This document shows positions 63,250 to 64,000 of a DNA stretch of 64,000 nucleotides, piece after piece; the first letter of the stretch is position 1, and each line of letters opens with the position of its first letter. The notes below the pieces were generated by a model. That model made no database searches. It was not told the DNA's origin and worked only from the letters and a program-made list of their open reading frames with translations. Made by a program: the position numbers and the translations under genes. This DNA is from Mobula birostris (Eukaryota), in assembly GCF_030028105.1 (NCBI RefSeq), contig NC_092390.1:21624427-21688426 (forward strand), in the 5' to 3' direction.

Positions 63250-64000
63250 CGCAACTGCGGTCAAGAGGTAGAGAAACCAATCAGTAACGTAATCACTGGA
63301 CAAAGTGGTACTGAGCATTGCGGTCCAGTGCAAGATCATAATCTGTAATGGAGAGATTTGCACCGGACACGACTGACAACGAGAACGTATGCTGTGAAGG
63401 GACGAAACGGCGCCGGGAACCACTGTCTGTGAAGCACAAAACTACGCGGTACAGAGCCATGCTGGGCAAAGGCGTCAAGTAAGATGCGTCCTGTACCGGG
63501 GTAGATCCACTTTGGGAATTACAAATGACAAACTGGAAGGCTTTGGGAACTGCTGTCCCCGATGGGGGGTGGCGCCAAGGCTTTGACAGTGCAGTGATGG
63601 TCTGTGCTGTCCCGCGGCTTCTAGTCGACGGACAGTAAAACAAAATGCACCGTGACAGCGTGTCGTGCTGCGGGAGACACATCACCGTGCCTGGGACCGC
63701 AGTCCTTCTAATCGCTGTCAGGAGGGAGCAATGCAAACTTTACCAAGACAGACCCGTGACAGAAACACAGGGACTGTTAGGGCACAGTTCCTCCTGAGGA
63801 GCACGGACTATGTCAGGACAGACAGTGGTATGCTGTTAACGAACTGAGTCCCTTCGGTCTGCTCCACTCTCCCCCCAGCCACCCACTCCACGGGGCTCTG
63901 TGGTATCTTGTTCCTCTGCTCAGCGGATTGTCGGAGGCCAGTGAAGTATCACTCCGCGCCCGAATATAAAAGCTGGCCAACGCGTTGCCATTTGCCGAGT
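63250..64000. promoter_or_regulatory. CpG-rich unique sequence, probable edge of a CpG island
   Basis: Abrupt rise in CpG in non-repetitive-looking DNA; CCAAT near 63277 and TATAAAA near 63965. Confidence 0.45.

Overview
Eukaryotic, transposon-dense genomic DNA. It is most likely from a cartilaginous fish (shark or ray), inferred from abundant CR1 LINEs, Rex1/Babar LINEs, HE1/V-type SINEs, Penelope-derived repeats and a two-exon GPR139-like gene. One intact protein-coding gene is supported: a class A GPR139-like GPCR (exon 1 11105-11174, exon 2 23101-24008, 325 aa, with a ~12 kb TE-filled intron). The most notable feature is a 2.9 kb Gypsy LTR element (41419-44297) whose RT/RNaseH/integrase core is replaced by an intronless fragment of the host splicing-factor gene RBM25 (RRM region). 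That fragment is joined in frame to the gag-protease/pol sequence, which points to LTR-mediated capture of a host mRNA. Other highlights are Penelope-derived repeats carrying minimal hammerhead-ribozyme motifs, a young CR1 with an uninterrupted RT frame directly downstream of a CpG-rich promoter-like element, a young I/Nimb-type LINE with RNase H, a composite hAT derivative, a YY1-headed non-autonomous retroposon family and a young tRNA/RTE-type SINE. All family assignments come from visual motif recognition; no database searches were run.
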